A DNA stretch of 64,000 nt from a bacterium (GCA_022840695.1 JALHDC010000003.1:11538-75537), one strand, 5' to 3'; positions 19,780 to 30,774 are shown, counted from the stretch's first letter. The notes: generated by a model from the letters alone, not told the origin. Program-made: numbers and translations.

Positions 19780-21615
19780 ATGAATACTTTTAAAAGAATA
19801 ACTATCTGGATATATATTTTGTTTAGCACATTACTACCTTTTTCTGTATATGCTGCTTCGGCAGATTTTGTAATAGATACATCTACTGAGGTGTCATATA
19901 TAACAGGAAATAATTTTGTTACTGTAACTACAACTTACAATCGTACAGTTAAAAATAGTAGCTACTACTTCCCTGCATCAGGAGAGAAGACTTTTCATAT
20001 TCCAGACATTTCAGATTCTAACGAAGAAGAAGTAAGAGTTGAGAGAGAATATAAATTGAATTCTCTTTTCATAAAGGATGACAAGGGATCTAAGGTCAAC
20101 TACTCTGTGGAAGAAGGGAATATAGGAGAAGGAATTTTTGTAAGTGTACCTAATTATAAAACCACTACTCCATCCTCTGCTTATAAAATATTCATTACCT
20201 ACAATACTCATGATTTAATTACGAAAGTGGGTAATTTTGTTAACATAATTGGTACATCTCTACCAACAGATACAGTTTTTGAAAGAAAAGATGAAGAAAA
20301 TGGAACGACTACACTTTTTAATTACTACTTTTCCATAGTTACAGATTCGGATATGCAACCACTATCCAAAGCTTTCCCAACATTTACCAAAGAGGAGAAG
20401 GATGGAAAAAATTATTACTATTTCAACCAAGCTGAGAGGATTGGAAATTCTCCATATCTTGAGTTTGGGACATCTGCTTTGTATAGATTTGAATTAGAAT
20501 ACAAGACAGCAAAGACAGACACTTTAATCCCGGAAAAGTATTCAGAGGTCTTTAAGGCTCTCTCTACAAACATATATGAGCTATCTTTACCAAGAGAGTT
20601 TTCTGAAACTAATCAAAAAGTATATTTTGAGAATGTCTCTCCCACTCCTTCCGACATATACAGAGATGCTGAAGGAAATATTTTGGCTCTTTTTGAAGTT
20701 CCTGCAAATCAAGAAGGTACCATTAAAATTGATGGATATATATTGGTAAATCAAGATGAGCTAAAGGAAGAATCTCCATCCTATGACATGGAGTATTCTG
20801 AATATTTGGAAAAGATTAAAGGTAGCGAATATATTAGGAGATATCTCTCTTCAACAAAATATTGGGAAGTGAGTGATGAGCTTATTCAACAGGAAGCCTC
20901 TACCTTGCAGAAAGATCAGAAGACCCTTTTAGATATTGTAAAAGCTAATTATAAATTCGTGAATGATCGTTTGGAGTATGATCAACAAAAAGCTACATCA
21001 GAGAACGAGAGAATTGGTGCTAAAGCAGCACTACTTGGAGGTGCTTCTGTGTGTATGGAATATGCAGATTTAATGATTTCACTACTCAGATCCCAAGGGA
21101 TACCTTCAAGAGCAGCAATTGGTTATGCAAATTTAGATGAACAAATTCCAGAAGAACAAGTCAGGCATCAATGGGTACAGATCTGGGTTCCTGACTATGG
21201 TTGGCTATCTGTAGATCCAACTTTTGAGAGTAACAATATGAAAATTGGGCAGATGATGGACAGGATTGTATGGGAGGTATTTAATAATGATTCCTTGTCT
21301 AACATTAGAGTGTATTCTGCTAATAATATTAAAAATTTAACCTCTGAAGGATATACAGTAAAAATATATGGAGTATCAGATGATGTTAAGCTTAATGAAT
21401 TAAGATCTTATGCTGATTTGGTGAGTAAAGAAGAGATATCAGAATTATCTCCAAGTATAGGGATCTTTAGTTCTACTATGTTAAAAACTACTACCTTTGG
21501 AAAAGCTCTAATCATTACAATCCCAATATTAATTGTGTTGGTAATATTAATAATAGGGATATCTGTAATTACACACTTTATTAAAAAGAGGAGAAAAAAT
21601 TCTCCTACTGTTTAA
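19780..21615 (+). CDS. secreted transglutaminase-like (Cys-His-Asp papain-fold) domain protein with C-terminal TM anchor
   Basis: Signal peptide. Transglut_core-like GASVCMEYADLMISLLRSQGIPSRAAIGY..HQWVQIWV..GWLSVDPT. C-terminal hydrophobic helix plus KKRRK. Confidence 0.75.
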   Translation: MNTFKRITIWIYILFSTLLPFSVYAASADFVIDTSTEVSYITGNNFVTVTTTYNRTVKNSSYYFPASGEKTFHIPDISDSNEEEVRVEREYKLNSLFIKDDKGSKVNYSVEEGNIGEGIFVSVPNYKTTTPSSAYKIFITYNTHDLITKVGNFVNIIGTSLPTDTVFERKDEENGTTTLFNYYFSIVTDSDMQPLSKAFPTFTKEEKDGKNYYYFNQAERIGNSPYLEFGTSALYRFELEYKTAKTDTLIPEKYSEVFKALSTNIYELSLPREFSETNQKVYFENVSPTPSDIYRDAEGNILALFEVPANQEGTIKIDGYILVNQDELKEESPSYDMEYSEYLEKIKGSEYIRRYLSSTKYWEVSDELIQQEASTLQKDQKTLLDIVKANYKFVNDRLEYDQQKATSENERIGAKAALLGGASVCMEYADLMISLLRSQGIPSRAAIGYANLDEQIPEEQVRHQWVQIWVPDYGWLSVDPTFESNNMKIGQMMDRIVWEVFNNDSLSNIRVYSANNIKNLTSEGYTVKIYGVSDDVKLNELRSYADLVSKEEISELSPSIGIFSSTMLKTTTFGKALIITIPILIVLVILIIGISVITHFIKKRRKNSPTV

Positions 21616-23119
21616 ATGTATATATCTTCTCTATATTCATTAAACCTTTACCATTCTCCAATCTCCCCTCTGTAGTTGCATATATTGTAATCAGCTTATC
21701 TCCTTTCTTAACACTTTCCCCTGGCATCTTATGTATATACAAACCAGCTTCCTTTATATTTGGATTACCTAAGCCTCTTGCTATCGTTACTAATTGTATA
21801 TTATTAATGGTATTTATAACTCCATCCCTATCAGAAAGAAGATCATACTCTAGATTGGCATGTTTAATATCTTCAGAGTTAAGTTTCTTTACTGCTCCCT
21901 GAGCAAATGCTATTTCCCAGAATTTATCCAATGCTTTCCCTGAATCTAATATCTCTCGAGCAAATTTCTTACCCTCCCCTCTTGGTACCACTTTTGTACT
22001 CTCAAACAACCTAGTTGCCATTTCTATGATGACATCCTCTAACTCCTCACACTTACCCTCATGTCTTTCCAATATTTTCAATGCTTCCTTTATCTCAAGA
22101 TTAGGCCCTACACTTCTTCCATCAGGACCTTTAATCACTCTCTTAATGGTTTCACATTCTATGTTGAATTTCTTAAACAGTTTCTTAAATTCCCTATCTA
22201 ACATTGCTACATCATCAGCCTTTTCTACTTTAGATCCTTTCCCATATGGTAAATCTATCAAGATATTTGTCACTCCCATTGATATCTTCTTAGCTACAAT
22301 ACTTACTAATACCTTTTGAAATTCTTGTATCCTTAATGATCTCTCTACATTGATAATGACATCATCTGCAGGAGAAAGCTCAAGAGATCCACCCCAGAAC
22401 ATACAACCTCCTGTTTGTTTAACAACATCCATAACTTTTTCTTTTGACAAAGCTACAGGCATTACAACTTCCAAAATGTCTGATGTTCCTGCAGGAGAGG
22501 TTATGGCCCTTGTTGAGGTATTAGGAACTATTAATCCACCAGCCACAAGTATTGGAACCAAGGTAGGGGTGATTGCTTTACCAGCAACCCCACCTATTGA
22601 GTGTTTGTCAGCAACTAACTCTCCATTACCTCTTATACCTTTAAAAGAGAGTATATCTCCGGATTCGGCCATACCTTTTGTCATCCAGTATATTTCATTG
22701 TCATTAAATCCTGGATTAAAGAATGTAGAAATGAAAAAAGCTATCTCTGTTTCCCTAAGCTTTCTTGAACCAATATCAGCCATTATCTGTTCCAAATCTT
22801 TTTCTGTTAAATCATGACCTAAAAGCTTCTTACTTATAGCTTCTAACGATTTGCTAGGCTGAGGAATATCAACAAATACAGAATATCCATTATCTATGTT
22901 GTAATGTTTCCAAATCTCTTCAAACAACCCTATCTCCCCTTCTGCGACTTTAGAATCCGTTTCCATTACATCAGCATGCAACTCTATCTCACCAAGACCT
23001 ATTACTGCTATTTCCCCTTCCCTTACACCTAATCTTTCAGCATCTTTACGATTAAGTACAATATTAAAATCATTATCTTCACCTAGATCGAGATTCTTGC
23101 TTCTTAAATAGAATGACAT
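21605..23119 (-). CDS. AMP phosphorylase / thymidine-phosphorylase-family enzyme (archaeal-type DeoA)
   Basis: About 500 aa with N-terminal extension. Phosphorylase core DKHSIGGVAGKAITPTLVPILVAGGLIVPNTSTRAITSPAGTSD. Adjacent to an e2b2-type isomerase. Confidence 0.75.
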   Translation of the reverse strand: MSFYLRSKNLDLGEDNDFNIVLNRKDAERLGVREGEIAVIGLGEIELHADVMETDSKVAEGEIGLFEEIWKHYNIDNGYSVFVDIPQPSKSLEAISKKLLGHDLTEKDLEQIMADIGSRKLRETEIAFFISTFFNPGFNDNEIYWMTKGMAESGDILSFKGIRGNGELVADKHSIGGVAGKAITPTLVPILVAGGLIVPNTSTRAITSPAGTSDILEVVMPVALSKEKVMDVVKQTGGCMFWGGSLELSPADDVIINVERSLRIQEFQKVLVSIVAKKISMGVTNILIDLPYGKGSKVEKADDVAMLDREFKKLFKKFNIECETIKRVIKGPDGRSVGPNLEIKEALKILERHEGKCEELEDVIIEMATRLFESTKVVPRGEGKKFAREILDSGKALDKFWEIAFAQGAVKKLNSEDIKHANLEYDLLSDRDGVINTINNIQLVTIARGLGNPNIKEAGLYIHKMPGESVKKGDKLITIYATTEGRLENGKGLMNIEKIYTFKQ

Positions 23120-23137
23120 AGTTGTATATATATAAAT

Positions 23138-24100
23138 TTATTCTTCTAATAACCAAGGATATTTTTCCTGAGCCACCCTATCAACTTCATTAGGTTTTAA
23201 AATACCAAACTCTGTTACATACCCTGTTATCAACATACTATCGACAATCTCAAATGCAGGGTTAAACATATGTAAACCTTTAGGAGCTTCAGGCCAAAGT
23301 TCACTATCTTCCCTTACCTCAATTTCAACCGAATGATGGAAAGAGTCTGGATCTATTTTTAATAATGGAGTTACAACATATAATGGTTTCCCAGCATAGT
23401 GTGCAGCTACTCCTAATCCCCAACTACCTATCTTGTTTATCGCATGACCTTTTGCAGTTATCTGATCACAACCTATAAATACCACATCAATTGGTACAGA
23501 TCCTCTACCTATTATGAATGACTCTCCTGCACTATCTGCTATTAATGTTGTTTTAACACCAGCAGCTAGAAGATTCTTTGCTGTGGTTCTTCCCTGAAAA
23601 CGAGGTCTAGTCTCAGTACATACTACTTCAAAATTACTATCTCCTTTAGAAAGTTCTATTATCAAAGAAACAACTGTAGAAGAATGGCAATGAGTAAATA
23701 TTTTATCTAAGTTTTTAAGAAGCGGAGCACATCTCTCAATCAACTGTTTTTTACTCCCTTTTTCTGTAAACCCACTTATCATGTCCAAATAATCATCACA
23801 TAGCTGAGATATATCCCGTTTCATAATATTTATTTCTGGTAAAACAGGAAATTTCTTCTTTAAAAAGTATTTCACGAACTTTACTCCATTCCTTGCTAGA
23901 GGTTCATTCATCCTTGCATTTGCAAGCTTCTGAGCAATCTCTAGGAATTCATTGTAAAACAGATTGGAGTCTTCTTGCTTACTCTGTTCTATGTAAAATT
24001 TAACTCCTTCGAAGGTTGCAATAGTGACATTGGTTGCTCCTTGAATGTTCAAATTTTGTATATCCTCATATATTTTTGTAATCTCTTTATACTCTTTCAT
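23138..24100 (-). CDS. ribose-1,5-bisphosphate isomerase (eIF-2B alpha/beta/delta-like, e2b2 family)
   Basis: GATNVTIA, THCHSSTV, TETRPRFQGRTTAKNLLAAGVKTTLIADSA and DQITAKGHAINKIGSWGLGVAAHYAGKPLYV match eIF2B/MtnA-family signatures. Adjacent to AMP phosphorylase. Confidence 0.72.
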   Translation of the reverse strand: MKEYKEITKIYEDIQNLNIQGATNVTIATFEGVKFYIEQSKQEDSNLFYNEFLEIAQKLANARMNEPLARNGVKFVKYFLKKKFPVLPEINIMKRDISQLCDDYLDMISGFTEKGSKKQLIERCAPLLKNLDKIFTHCHSSTVVSLIIELSKGDSNFEVVCTETRPRFQGRTTAKNLLAAGVKTTLIADSAGESFIIGRGSVPIDVVFIGCDQITAKGHAINKIGSWGLGVAAHYAGKPLYVVTPLLKIDPDSFHHSVEIEVREDSELWPEAPKGLHMFNPAFEIVDSMLITGYVTEFGILKPNEVDRVAQEKYPWLLEE

Positions 24101-24105
24101 AATAC

Positions 24106-25512
24106 TTACTCTAATGTAACTACTTCGTTATATTCAGGTATATGTATTTCATTTTTAATTTCTTCAGAAAGATTTTTAGAAAAATCTGCAATTATATCCT
24201 CATCTCCATGTATTAAGAATATTGTTCTAGGAGTATGGCCAAAGCTTCTTAACCAATATCTCAAATCTCTTTGATCTCCATGACCTGAAAAACCACCTAA
24301 TGTATATAGCTTAGCATTATTCTCATACTCTCTTCCCATAATATTAACAACCTTTTCTCCATCAACAAATCTTCTACCTAAGGTGCCATAGACTTGATAG
24401 CCAACAATTACAAGATGGGTTGTTGGATCTTCAATATTATTTTTTAGATGATGTAATATCCTGCCTCCTGTACACATTCCACTTCCTGCAATTATCATTA
24501 CTCCCTTCTTTGCAGCTAATCTCTTTGAGTCCTCTACAGAATCTGTTTTCTGTAGTCCTGGGAAATCAAAAGGATCATCCCCTTTTTCTAACAATCTCTT
24601 CGCATCTTCATCATAGAAATTGGGATACTGTCTAAATACCTCTGTAGCCTTCGATGCCATAGGACTATCTAAATATATGGGGATATTGTCTATGATTTTG
24701 TTTTCTAAAAAGAGATTAAGCTCATACAATAATTCCTGTGTTCTCTCTATTGCAAATGATGGAATTAATATATTTCCACCTACCTTTTGAGCACTTTGAA
24801 TAGCAGAGAGCAATTCTAATACAGTTTCATTTCTATCCTTATGCAACCTATTACCATATGTAGATTCACAAATCACATAATCTGCCTCCCTAATTAGATC
24901 AGGATCCTTTACTATCCTAGCTCCTGGCTGACCAAGGTCTCCAGAGAAGACAAACTTTCTCATCCTCCCTGCCTCATTCTTTATCCAAAATTCAAATATT
25001 GCAGATCCCAAGATATGTCCTGCATCTCTCATTCTGAATTCGCAACAACTGGTAATGTTTACAGAGTTACCATATGGATACACCTCAAATAGTCGCATAC
25101 TTTCTTCTACATCTTGCTCTGTGTATAGAGGTTTTTTAAGTAGCTCTTCCCCACTCTCTTGTGAATTCTTAGGTCTAGCTTGCCATCTTTCATATTCTTC
25201 TTTTTGAAGATTAGCAGAATCTAGAAGAATTATTCTTGTAAGGTCTCTTGTCGGTTGTGTGGATATTATTCTTCCTTTAAAGCCCTGTTTAACTAAAAGA
25301 GGAATCCTTCCACTATGATCAAAATGTGCATGTGTTAAGAATACAAAATCTATTTCAGCAGGATCAAATGGAAATGGTTCATAGTTTTTTGCTTCTAGTT
25401 CCTCTGGTCCTTGAAATGCTCCACACTCAACAAGAAATTTCATATCACCTGTTTCAATGTAAAAGCAGGATCCTGTAACTGTTTTAGTAGCTCCTAGAAA
25501 TTGTATTTTCAT
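24106..25512 (-). CDS. beta-CASP family MBL-fold ribonuclease (RNase J/CPSF-like)
   Basis: HAHFDHSG motif (FLTHAHFDHSGRIPLLV). Beta-CASP and RMMBL-like C-terminal region. 468 aa. Confidence 0.72.
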   Translation of the reverse strand: MKIQFLGATKTVTGSCFYIETGDMKFLVECGAFQGPEELEAKNYEPFPFDPAEIDFVFLTHAHFDHSGRIPLLVKQGFKGRIISTQPTRDLTRIILLDSANLQKEEYERWQARPKNSQESGEELLKKPLYTEQDVEESMRLFEVYPYGNSVNITSCCEFRMRDAGHILGSAIFEFWIKNEAGRMRKFVFSGDLGQPGARIVKDPDLIREADYVICESTYGNRLHKDRNETVLELLSAIQSAQKVGGNILIPSFAIERTQELLYELNLFLENKIIDNIPIYLDSPMASKATEVFRQYPNFYDEDAKRLLEKGDDPFDFPGLQKTDSVEDSKRLAAKKGVMIIAGSGMCTGGRILHHLKNNIEDPTTHLVIVGYQVYGTLGRRFVDGEKVVNIMGREYENNAKLYTLGGFSGHGDQRDLRYWLRSFGHTPRTIFLIHGDEDIIADFSKNLSEEIKNEIHIPEYNEVVTLE

Positions 25513-25591
25513 TAGGGCAGTAGAATTTTAAGTAAATTATGTATATATGATAATGGATTGGCATACTCAATGACAACCCTCTTCTATATAT

Positions 25592-27019
25592 TTATGTTCG
25601 TTCATTAAGTTCTTTTGCTTTCTCTAAAAGCTTCTCTTTACTATTTAAAAGAGGATCATCCAATACCATTTCTAACAATTCTTTTAATATTTCTCCTAAC
25701 TTTGGACCCTTTTCTATACCTAAAGACATTAAATCTTCTCCAGTAATGGCAAGATCTGTGACTTTCAATGCCATATCCTGTTTCCTTACCTCAGATATTC
25801 TTCTTTGCAATATAGTTATCTCATCAGGTTTGAAGGCTGTAGATGGATTAGATTGTGCATCTGCCATTCTCAATTTAAAAAGATCATCTATATTCTCCTC
25901 TCCGACTCTTTGTATAAATCTTCTTACAGCAGAGTCACTCCACTGATGCATCTCAATATTTTCTTTTTCTTCATCTGTCATATCTTCTTGGATATGAGGA
26001 TAGTAGAACATGTGGTTTTCAATTAGCACCTTTACTCTATTTATTTCCGATTGAGAGAATTTCATTCTTTTCATAATTTTCTCAGCAATATCAGAACCCA
26101 TTTTGTCATGGCCATAGAAATGCCCATTCCCCATATCTGTTCTGGGTTTTGCAATATCATGTAACAAGGCCGCTAATTTTACAGAGTCATGTGCTGCATC
26201 ACATGTCTTAAGAGAATGCCAATATACATCATGAGCATGGAAAAGCTTCTGTTCTACATCCATACCTTCTAGAAGTTCTGGCATAAATATCTGAATCAAC
26301 CCAGCTTCTCTCATTAGATCAATTCCCACAGAAGGTTTTGGAGAATTAAGAAGCATTTTCATAAATTCATCCCTTACTCTTTCCATTGATACCTGTTTTG
26401 CAACTGGAATAGATTCTTTCATTGCTTCAAATGTTTCTCTCTCTATTGTAAATCCTAATTGAGAAGCCACTCTACATGCTTTAAATGCTCTTAAACCGTC
26501 TTCCTTAAATCTCTCTATTGGTGTCCCTACAGCTCTAACCAATTTTTTCTCTAAGTCCCCTATCCCACCAAATGGATCATATATTTCAGCTTCCCTTTCT
26601 AGCTCTTGTCCATCTAATTCCATTTGAGAAAGATCCAATGCCATCGCATTAAAAGTGAAATCTCTCCTTCCTAAATCTTTGTCAACATCATTAACAAATT
26701 CGACATTAGTCGGCCATCTGCCATCTACATATTCTGATTCACTTCTGAAGGTAGTTACTTCAACCTCATGGGTTTCTCCCTGTTTATCTTGTATTAAAGC
26801 CATTACTGTACCAAATTTTGCACCTGTAGAAACAGATTTGGGAAATATATTTAACATCTCATCAGGAAGAGCATTTGTAGCTAAATCATAGTCATGAGGA
26901 GCTTTTTCTAACATTAAATCCCTTAATGCTCCCCCAACAAGATAGCAATCATACCCCTCTTTAATGAGTATTCTTGCAACTTTTTGTACATATTCTGGTA
27001 TTGTAATCTTTACTTTCAT
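25592..27019 (-). CDS. cca: CCA-adding tRNA nucleotidyltransferase with HD domain
   Basis: Pol-beta NTase motif GYDCYLVGGALRDLML..DYDL. HD domain (LLHDIAKP). Confidence 0.85.
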   Translation of the reverse strand: MKVKITIPEYVQKVARILIKEGYDCYLVGGALRDLMLEKAPHDYDLATNALPDEMLNIFPKSVSTGAKFGTVMALIQDKQGETHEVEVTTFRSESEYVDGRWPTNVEFVNDVDKDLGRRDFTFNAMALDLSQMELDGQELEREAEIYDPFGGIGDLEKKLVRAVGTPIERFKEDGLRAFKACRVASQLGFTIERETFEAMKESIPVAKQVSMERVRDEFMKMLLNSPKPSVGIDLMREAGLIQIFMPELLEGMDVEQKLFHAHDVYWHSLKTCDAAHDSVKLAALLHDIAKPRTDMGNGHFYGHDKMGSDIAEKIMKRMKFSQSEINRVKVLIENHMFYYPHIQEDMTDEEKENIEMHQWSDSAVRRFIQRVGEENIDDLFKLRMADAQSNPSTAFKPDEITILQRRISEVRKQDMALKVTDLAITGEDLMSLGIEKGPKLGEILKELLEMVLDDPLLNSKEKLLEKAKELNERT

Positions 27020-27027
27020 ACTACTTT

Positions 27028-28149
27028 TTAATATGTTAATTTTGCTGTTTTAGGTAGTACAAAATTTTCTGTATTCTGTATTCCTAAAACTTCTTTCAAT
27101 ATTTCTTTCTCTACTTCCTTCTCCTCTTTCTTTTCTACCACCTCCTCTTCTAATATATCATTCTGGGATTCTTTTTCATACTTTAAAGTCTCTGATGTGA
27201 AAGCATATGGAAGTCTTGTTATGCAAAAGCTCTCACATACCGGTTGTACATGGGCACCATTTATCCAACCTCCATCCTCTCTATATGCAAGTACTGTTAC
27301 AGCATTAGGACTAAGCCAATTGTAGTTATTGCTTCCATAAATTGCACACTCTGTTTTGATGTTTGGGTTAGTTATTTTGTAGTATCCTAAGTTCTCACTG
27401 TACGGGATTGAGTATTGCAGAGTAATTTCTTCAAGAGCATTCATATCAAATTGAGTACTGTATGTGTTGTGCTCAAAAGATATGTTATTTAATTTCTCAC
27501 TACTTTTGTTTGTAATCTTAATTTCAATATCCAAGAAATCCCCATTCTCAAAAATTTGAATATCCCCAACTTCTAAGGGATTTGCAATTTCAACTGTATC
27601 TAGGATCTTTAAACCTTTAACATCATCATCTACTATTCCTAATCCTGGGTACTCTTTCAAAATTCCTTCCTTTCTAATAACTTTGTTATCAAATGAGACA
27701 TCTATGATTGAGAATTTTGGAGTATGATCTGAGTGTTGTACTAGATTATTTAAATTTCCCATATCTGGAACACTTCTACTAAATGGTACAACTATTTTCG
27801 ATATATTTACTTGGTGCCCCGTGTCGTTGAAATATGAATAAAGGATATCTATTTTTGTCCCTGGAGAACCTGACACCTTGTCTAGTACATCAGGAAGCCT
27901 TTTCATATACCAGAGGGATGTTAGAGAGGATATTGTATGGTTTTGTATTGCAAGATCCGTTGTTGTGCCTACTAAATCATCTTCTTCATATGATATTGAA
28001 TTTTCTGTATCTGAATTATTTGGGTATTGTGAGATTGAGAATGCTGTAGTTTGATAGTATTCATTTAATGCACCATCTCCTGAGATATCAAAACCATCGG
28101 CATATGTATGATATGGAAAAAACAGAAGGAAAATGAAAAATATGAGCAT
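27028..28149 (-). CDS. secreted hypothetical protein
   Basis: N-terminal signal peptide (MLIFFIFLLFFPYHTYA). Acidic C-terminal tail. No known motif. Confidence 0.4.
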   Translation of the reverse strand: MLIFFIFLLFFPYHTYADGFDISGDGALNEYYQTTAFSISQYPNNSDTENSISYEEDDLVGTTTDLAIQNHTISSLTSLWYMKRLPDVLDKVSGSPGTKIDILYSYFNDTGHQVNISKIVVPFSRSVPDMGNLNNLVQHSDHTPKFSIIDVSFDNKVIRKEGILKEYPGLGIVDDDVKGLKILDTVEIANPLEVGDIQIFENGDFLDIEIKITNKSSEKLNNISFEHNTYSTQFDMNALEEITLQYSIPYSENLGYYKITNPNIKTECAIYGSNNYNWLSPNAVTVLAYREDGGWINGAHVQPVCESFCITRLPYAFTSETLKYEKESQNDILEEEVVEKKEEKEVEKEILKEVLGIQNTENFVLPKTAKLTY

Positions 28150-28191
28150 GTATATATGTTTAAAATTTATTTAAACATATTTTACTAAACA

Positions 28192-28210
28192 ATTATGAAA
28201 TCTAGATTAA
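28192..28210. repeat. 19-mer ATTATGAAATCTAGATTAA (copy 2 of 3), overlapping the stop codon of the GT2 gene
   Basis: Identical to 6208-6226. Confidence 0.45.
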
Positions 28211-29826
28211 CTCTTCTTGTCCTTAATCCTTACCTTTTCTGTTATGTAGAAATTTCTTTTGAATTTTCCCCTACCTAACATCATCTCCGTAATAGCTTGA
28301 ACGTATGGTATGAAAGAGAATGTTAGCATATTTACAGTTATTAGGTATGTCTCAAGGAAATCTAATATATGTCTCCACCATTTCCAACCTTCAGGAACAG
28401 GAGTTATTTTTCTTCTGTATATTACTATAGCGATATTGGAAAGCATAACTAGGGTAAATACATAGCTTAATATCCTAGGGAGATTGTAGGAGAAGATTGA
28501 ATACTGATAGCTTGGGTTTAACCAGCCCATTATGTTTAATCCAAAAGTAAGAACAAAAACAATTGTGAGAAACCAGAGATATTCAAACATCATTTTAAGC
28601 AGAGCTATTTTTCTTCTTATTGGAAAATCATCCTTATCTGTGGACATAACTGCAAGAGAGATTGGGTAATTAATTATTCCCCACCCCCATCTATATTGCT
28701 GTTTATAGAATGATACATGAGATTTCAGGAAGGTCTCGTTTTCAACTGCGTCGTTATATGTTGGTATATATACTTCTTGATTTTTAAATCTACCCTTAGT
28801 TCTCAGTATTGAATTCCAATAAAAGGCCGTATCATCATTTGGAATTTCTGGATCCCAAAACTCTACTTCTTTTAAAGTATTCAGGTTAACAATATATGAA
28901 GAAAATGTATCCCTAGTATATACTTTTTCATTCACAAAAGGGATCTCAAGTACCCTATCTAATACCCACATATGCATAACCACTAATGTAAGCATATTTG
29001 ACTGAGTTCTAATAATCGGAGGAACACTCCAAATGTTGTTATTAAATGTATGTATGGCAGAGGCGTAAAAGGTATAATCCGGATCATCTACGGTTAAATA
29101 TTTGTATGTAACTGCCGATAGGTATTTAGGATGAGGTCTTAAATCTGAGTCACAAGTTATGAGTAGATAGTCAGATATATCTTTTCCTTCTCTCTCTAGA
29201 TCTTTTACTAAGTTCCTTGCAGCCCAATTTATATTTGCTCCTTTAACACCAACTATCTCCCCAGGAATATTTGAAGGGTGTACATAATATCGCATACTAC
29301 CAAATTTATATCCGTACTTCTCTTTCAGTTTATTAAAGTTCTCTACTTGAAAATCCTTCTTCCTCTCCTCCATTGCCATGACAACATCCATTTTTTCTGC
29401 ACCAATGTCACTTTTTGCCCATGCTTCAAAGGATGGTTCCAAAATATCTAAGCTTTCCGAATATACCGGACAGAGGTATATATATCTTAAATTGTCCATT
29501 TTGGGAGAGTTTAATTCCTCTATTTTACCTACCCAATCAGTATTTATACTTTCTTTCATCCTCTTTATACCAATATACCCACCTATTACAAACTTAACAG
29601 TTCTAAAGAACCAATATGCTACAAGAAAAGAAATATATATTACCATTGCAACATCCCATTTCATTATGGCGAAGGATATAGGCAACAAGAGCAGAGTCCA
29701 TACGATAATTCCGGGAACCATTTCAAAGAATCTTCTTTGAAACTTAGGCATATCCGAAGGAAAACCAGAATCTCTACCTTTTGGTCTGTAGGAATTAGTA
29801 TCAGTGTGTTGTTTAATATCGTTCAT
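28207..29826 (-). CDS. membrane-bound processive family-2 glycosyltransferase (cellulose/chitin-synthase-like)
   Basis: DxD (LLITCDSD). QxxRW motif (QQYRWGWG). Multiple TM helices N- and C-terminal. Confidence 0.75.
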   Translation of the reverse strand: MNDIKQHTDTNSYRPKGRDSGFPSDMPKFQRRFFEMVPGIIVWTLLLLPISFAIMKWDVAMVIYISFLVAYWFFRTVKFVIGGYIGIKRMKESINTDWVGKIEELNSPKMDNLRYIYLCPVYSESLDILEPSFEAWAKSDIGAEKMDVVMAMEERKKDFQVENFNKLKEKYGYKFGSMRYYVHPSNIPGEIVGVKGANINWAARNLVKDLEREGKDISDYLLITCDSDLRPHPKYLSAVTYKYLTVDDPDYTFYASAIHTFNNNIWSVPPIIRTQSNMLTLVVMHMWVLDRVLEIPFVNEKVYTRDTFSSYIVNLNTLKEVEFWDPEIPNDDTAFYWNSILRTKGRFKNQEVYIPTYNDAVENETFLKSHVSFYKQQYRWGWGIINYPISLAVMSTDKDDFPIRRKIALLKMMFEYLWFLTIVFVLTFGLNIMGWLNPSYQYSIFSYNLPRILSYVFTLVMLSNIAIVIYRRKITPVPEGWKWWRHILDFLETYLITVNMLTFSFIPYVQAITEMMLGRGKFKRNFYITEKVRIKDKKS

Positions 29827-29865
29827 AGTGTAGGATATTCTATTCTAAATACACTTAAATTTCCA

Positions 29866-30774
29866 CTAGAGTTCTAATTTCTTAGGATATATACCTTCAT
29901 CCACTAATTTTCTTAACTTTTCTCTAACAATTGGTGCATCTTCTTTATATGTAACACCAAACCAGCTACTTGTACTTTCTAATATCTTTATTTTTATATC
30001 TCCATCCTTAACCATATCACTAAATATCTCAGGGAGAAGAATCTCATCTGTTAGATCATCTTTTATATTTTTAAGAAATATATCGAATCTGTTTTCTAAA
30101 TTTTCAAATACTGAAGGGTGTACTGCGTAGGAGCTCATTGCTGTGGGTATATCATCTTCGAATGTAGAAATTTCTCCTGTCTGTTTTTTACCTTGAATTA
30201 TTCCTTCATCGTTTCTAGCTACTTCAAATGTCTCTTCAATATGGTCTAGATATCCATCTTTTGTGAAGCATATTCCTCTTTTGACAGTACCATGTTCGCT
30301 TAATACATTTTTTAATTTGTAGGTAGGGATTGAGTATAGTTTTTCGGAACACTCTTCCCTGAGGAACTTAGCTACTACATCGAATGTATCTTTACCAAAG
30401 AAGTCATCTCCACTAATTATGTATGTTGGCTCCTTAATTACATCTTTTGCTACCAGAAATGCTTGTCCTGTCCCCCACGGCTTCGTTCTTTCGGGATTAA
30501 GTTTGTACCAATCAGGGAGCATATCTAGGGATTGGAATACATAGCTAATATCTATTTTGTCTTTATATTTTTCCATAAATACCTCATTAAATGCCTCTTC
30601 CATATCTGGTCTGATTACAAATACAAATCTATCAAATCCTGCCCTTACGGCATTATATATAGAATAGTCTATTATGGTTTCTCCACTTGGACCAAAGCCT
30701 TCCATCTGTTTAAGACCACCGTATCTACTACCCATACCGGCTGCTAGTACAAAGAGGGATATTTTTGAGTTCAT
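29866..30774 (-). CDS. sugar-1-phosphate nucleotidyltransferase-like protein
   Basis: N-terminal LAAGMGSRYGG NTP-transferase signature. Directly upstream of the GT2 gene. Confidence 0.65.
   Translation of the reverse strand: MNSKISLFVLAAGMGSRYGGLKQMEGFGPSGETIIDYSIYNAVRAGFDRFVFVIRPDMEEAFNEVFMEKYKDKIDISYVFQSLDMLPDWYKLNPERTKPWGTGQAFLVAKDVIKEPTYIISGDDFFGKDTFDVVAKFLREECSEKLYSIPTYKLKNVLSEHGTVKRGICFTKDGYLDHIEETFEVARNDEGIIQGKKQTGEISTFEDDIPTAMSSYAVHPSVFENLENRFDIFLKNIKDDLTDEILLPEIFSDMVKDGDIKIKILESTSSWFGVTYKEDAPIVREKLRKLVDEGIYPKKLEL

Noticed and set aside
21605-25512. RuBisCO gene expected next to AMP phosphorylase and R15P isomerase
   Set aside because: The adjacent 468-aa gene is a beta-CASP MBL ribonuclease (HAHFDHSG), not RuBisCO. 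No rbcL-like ORF is in the window.
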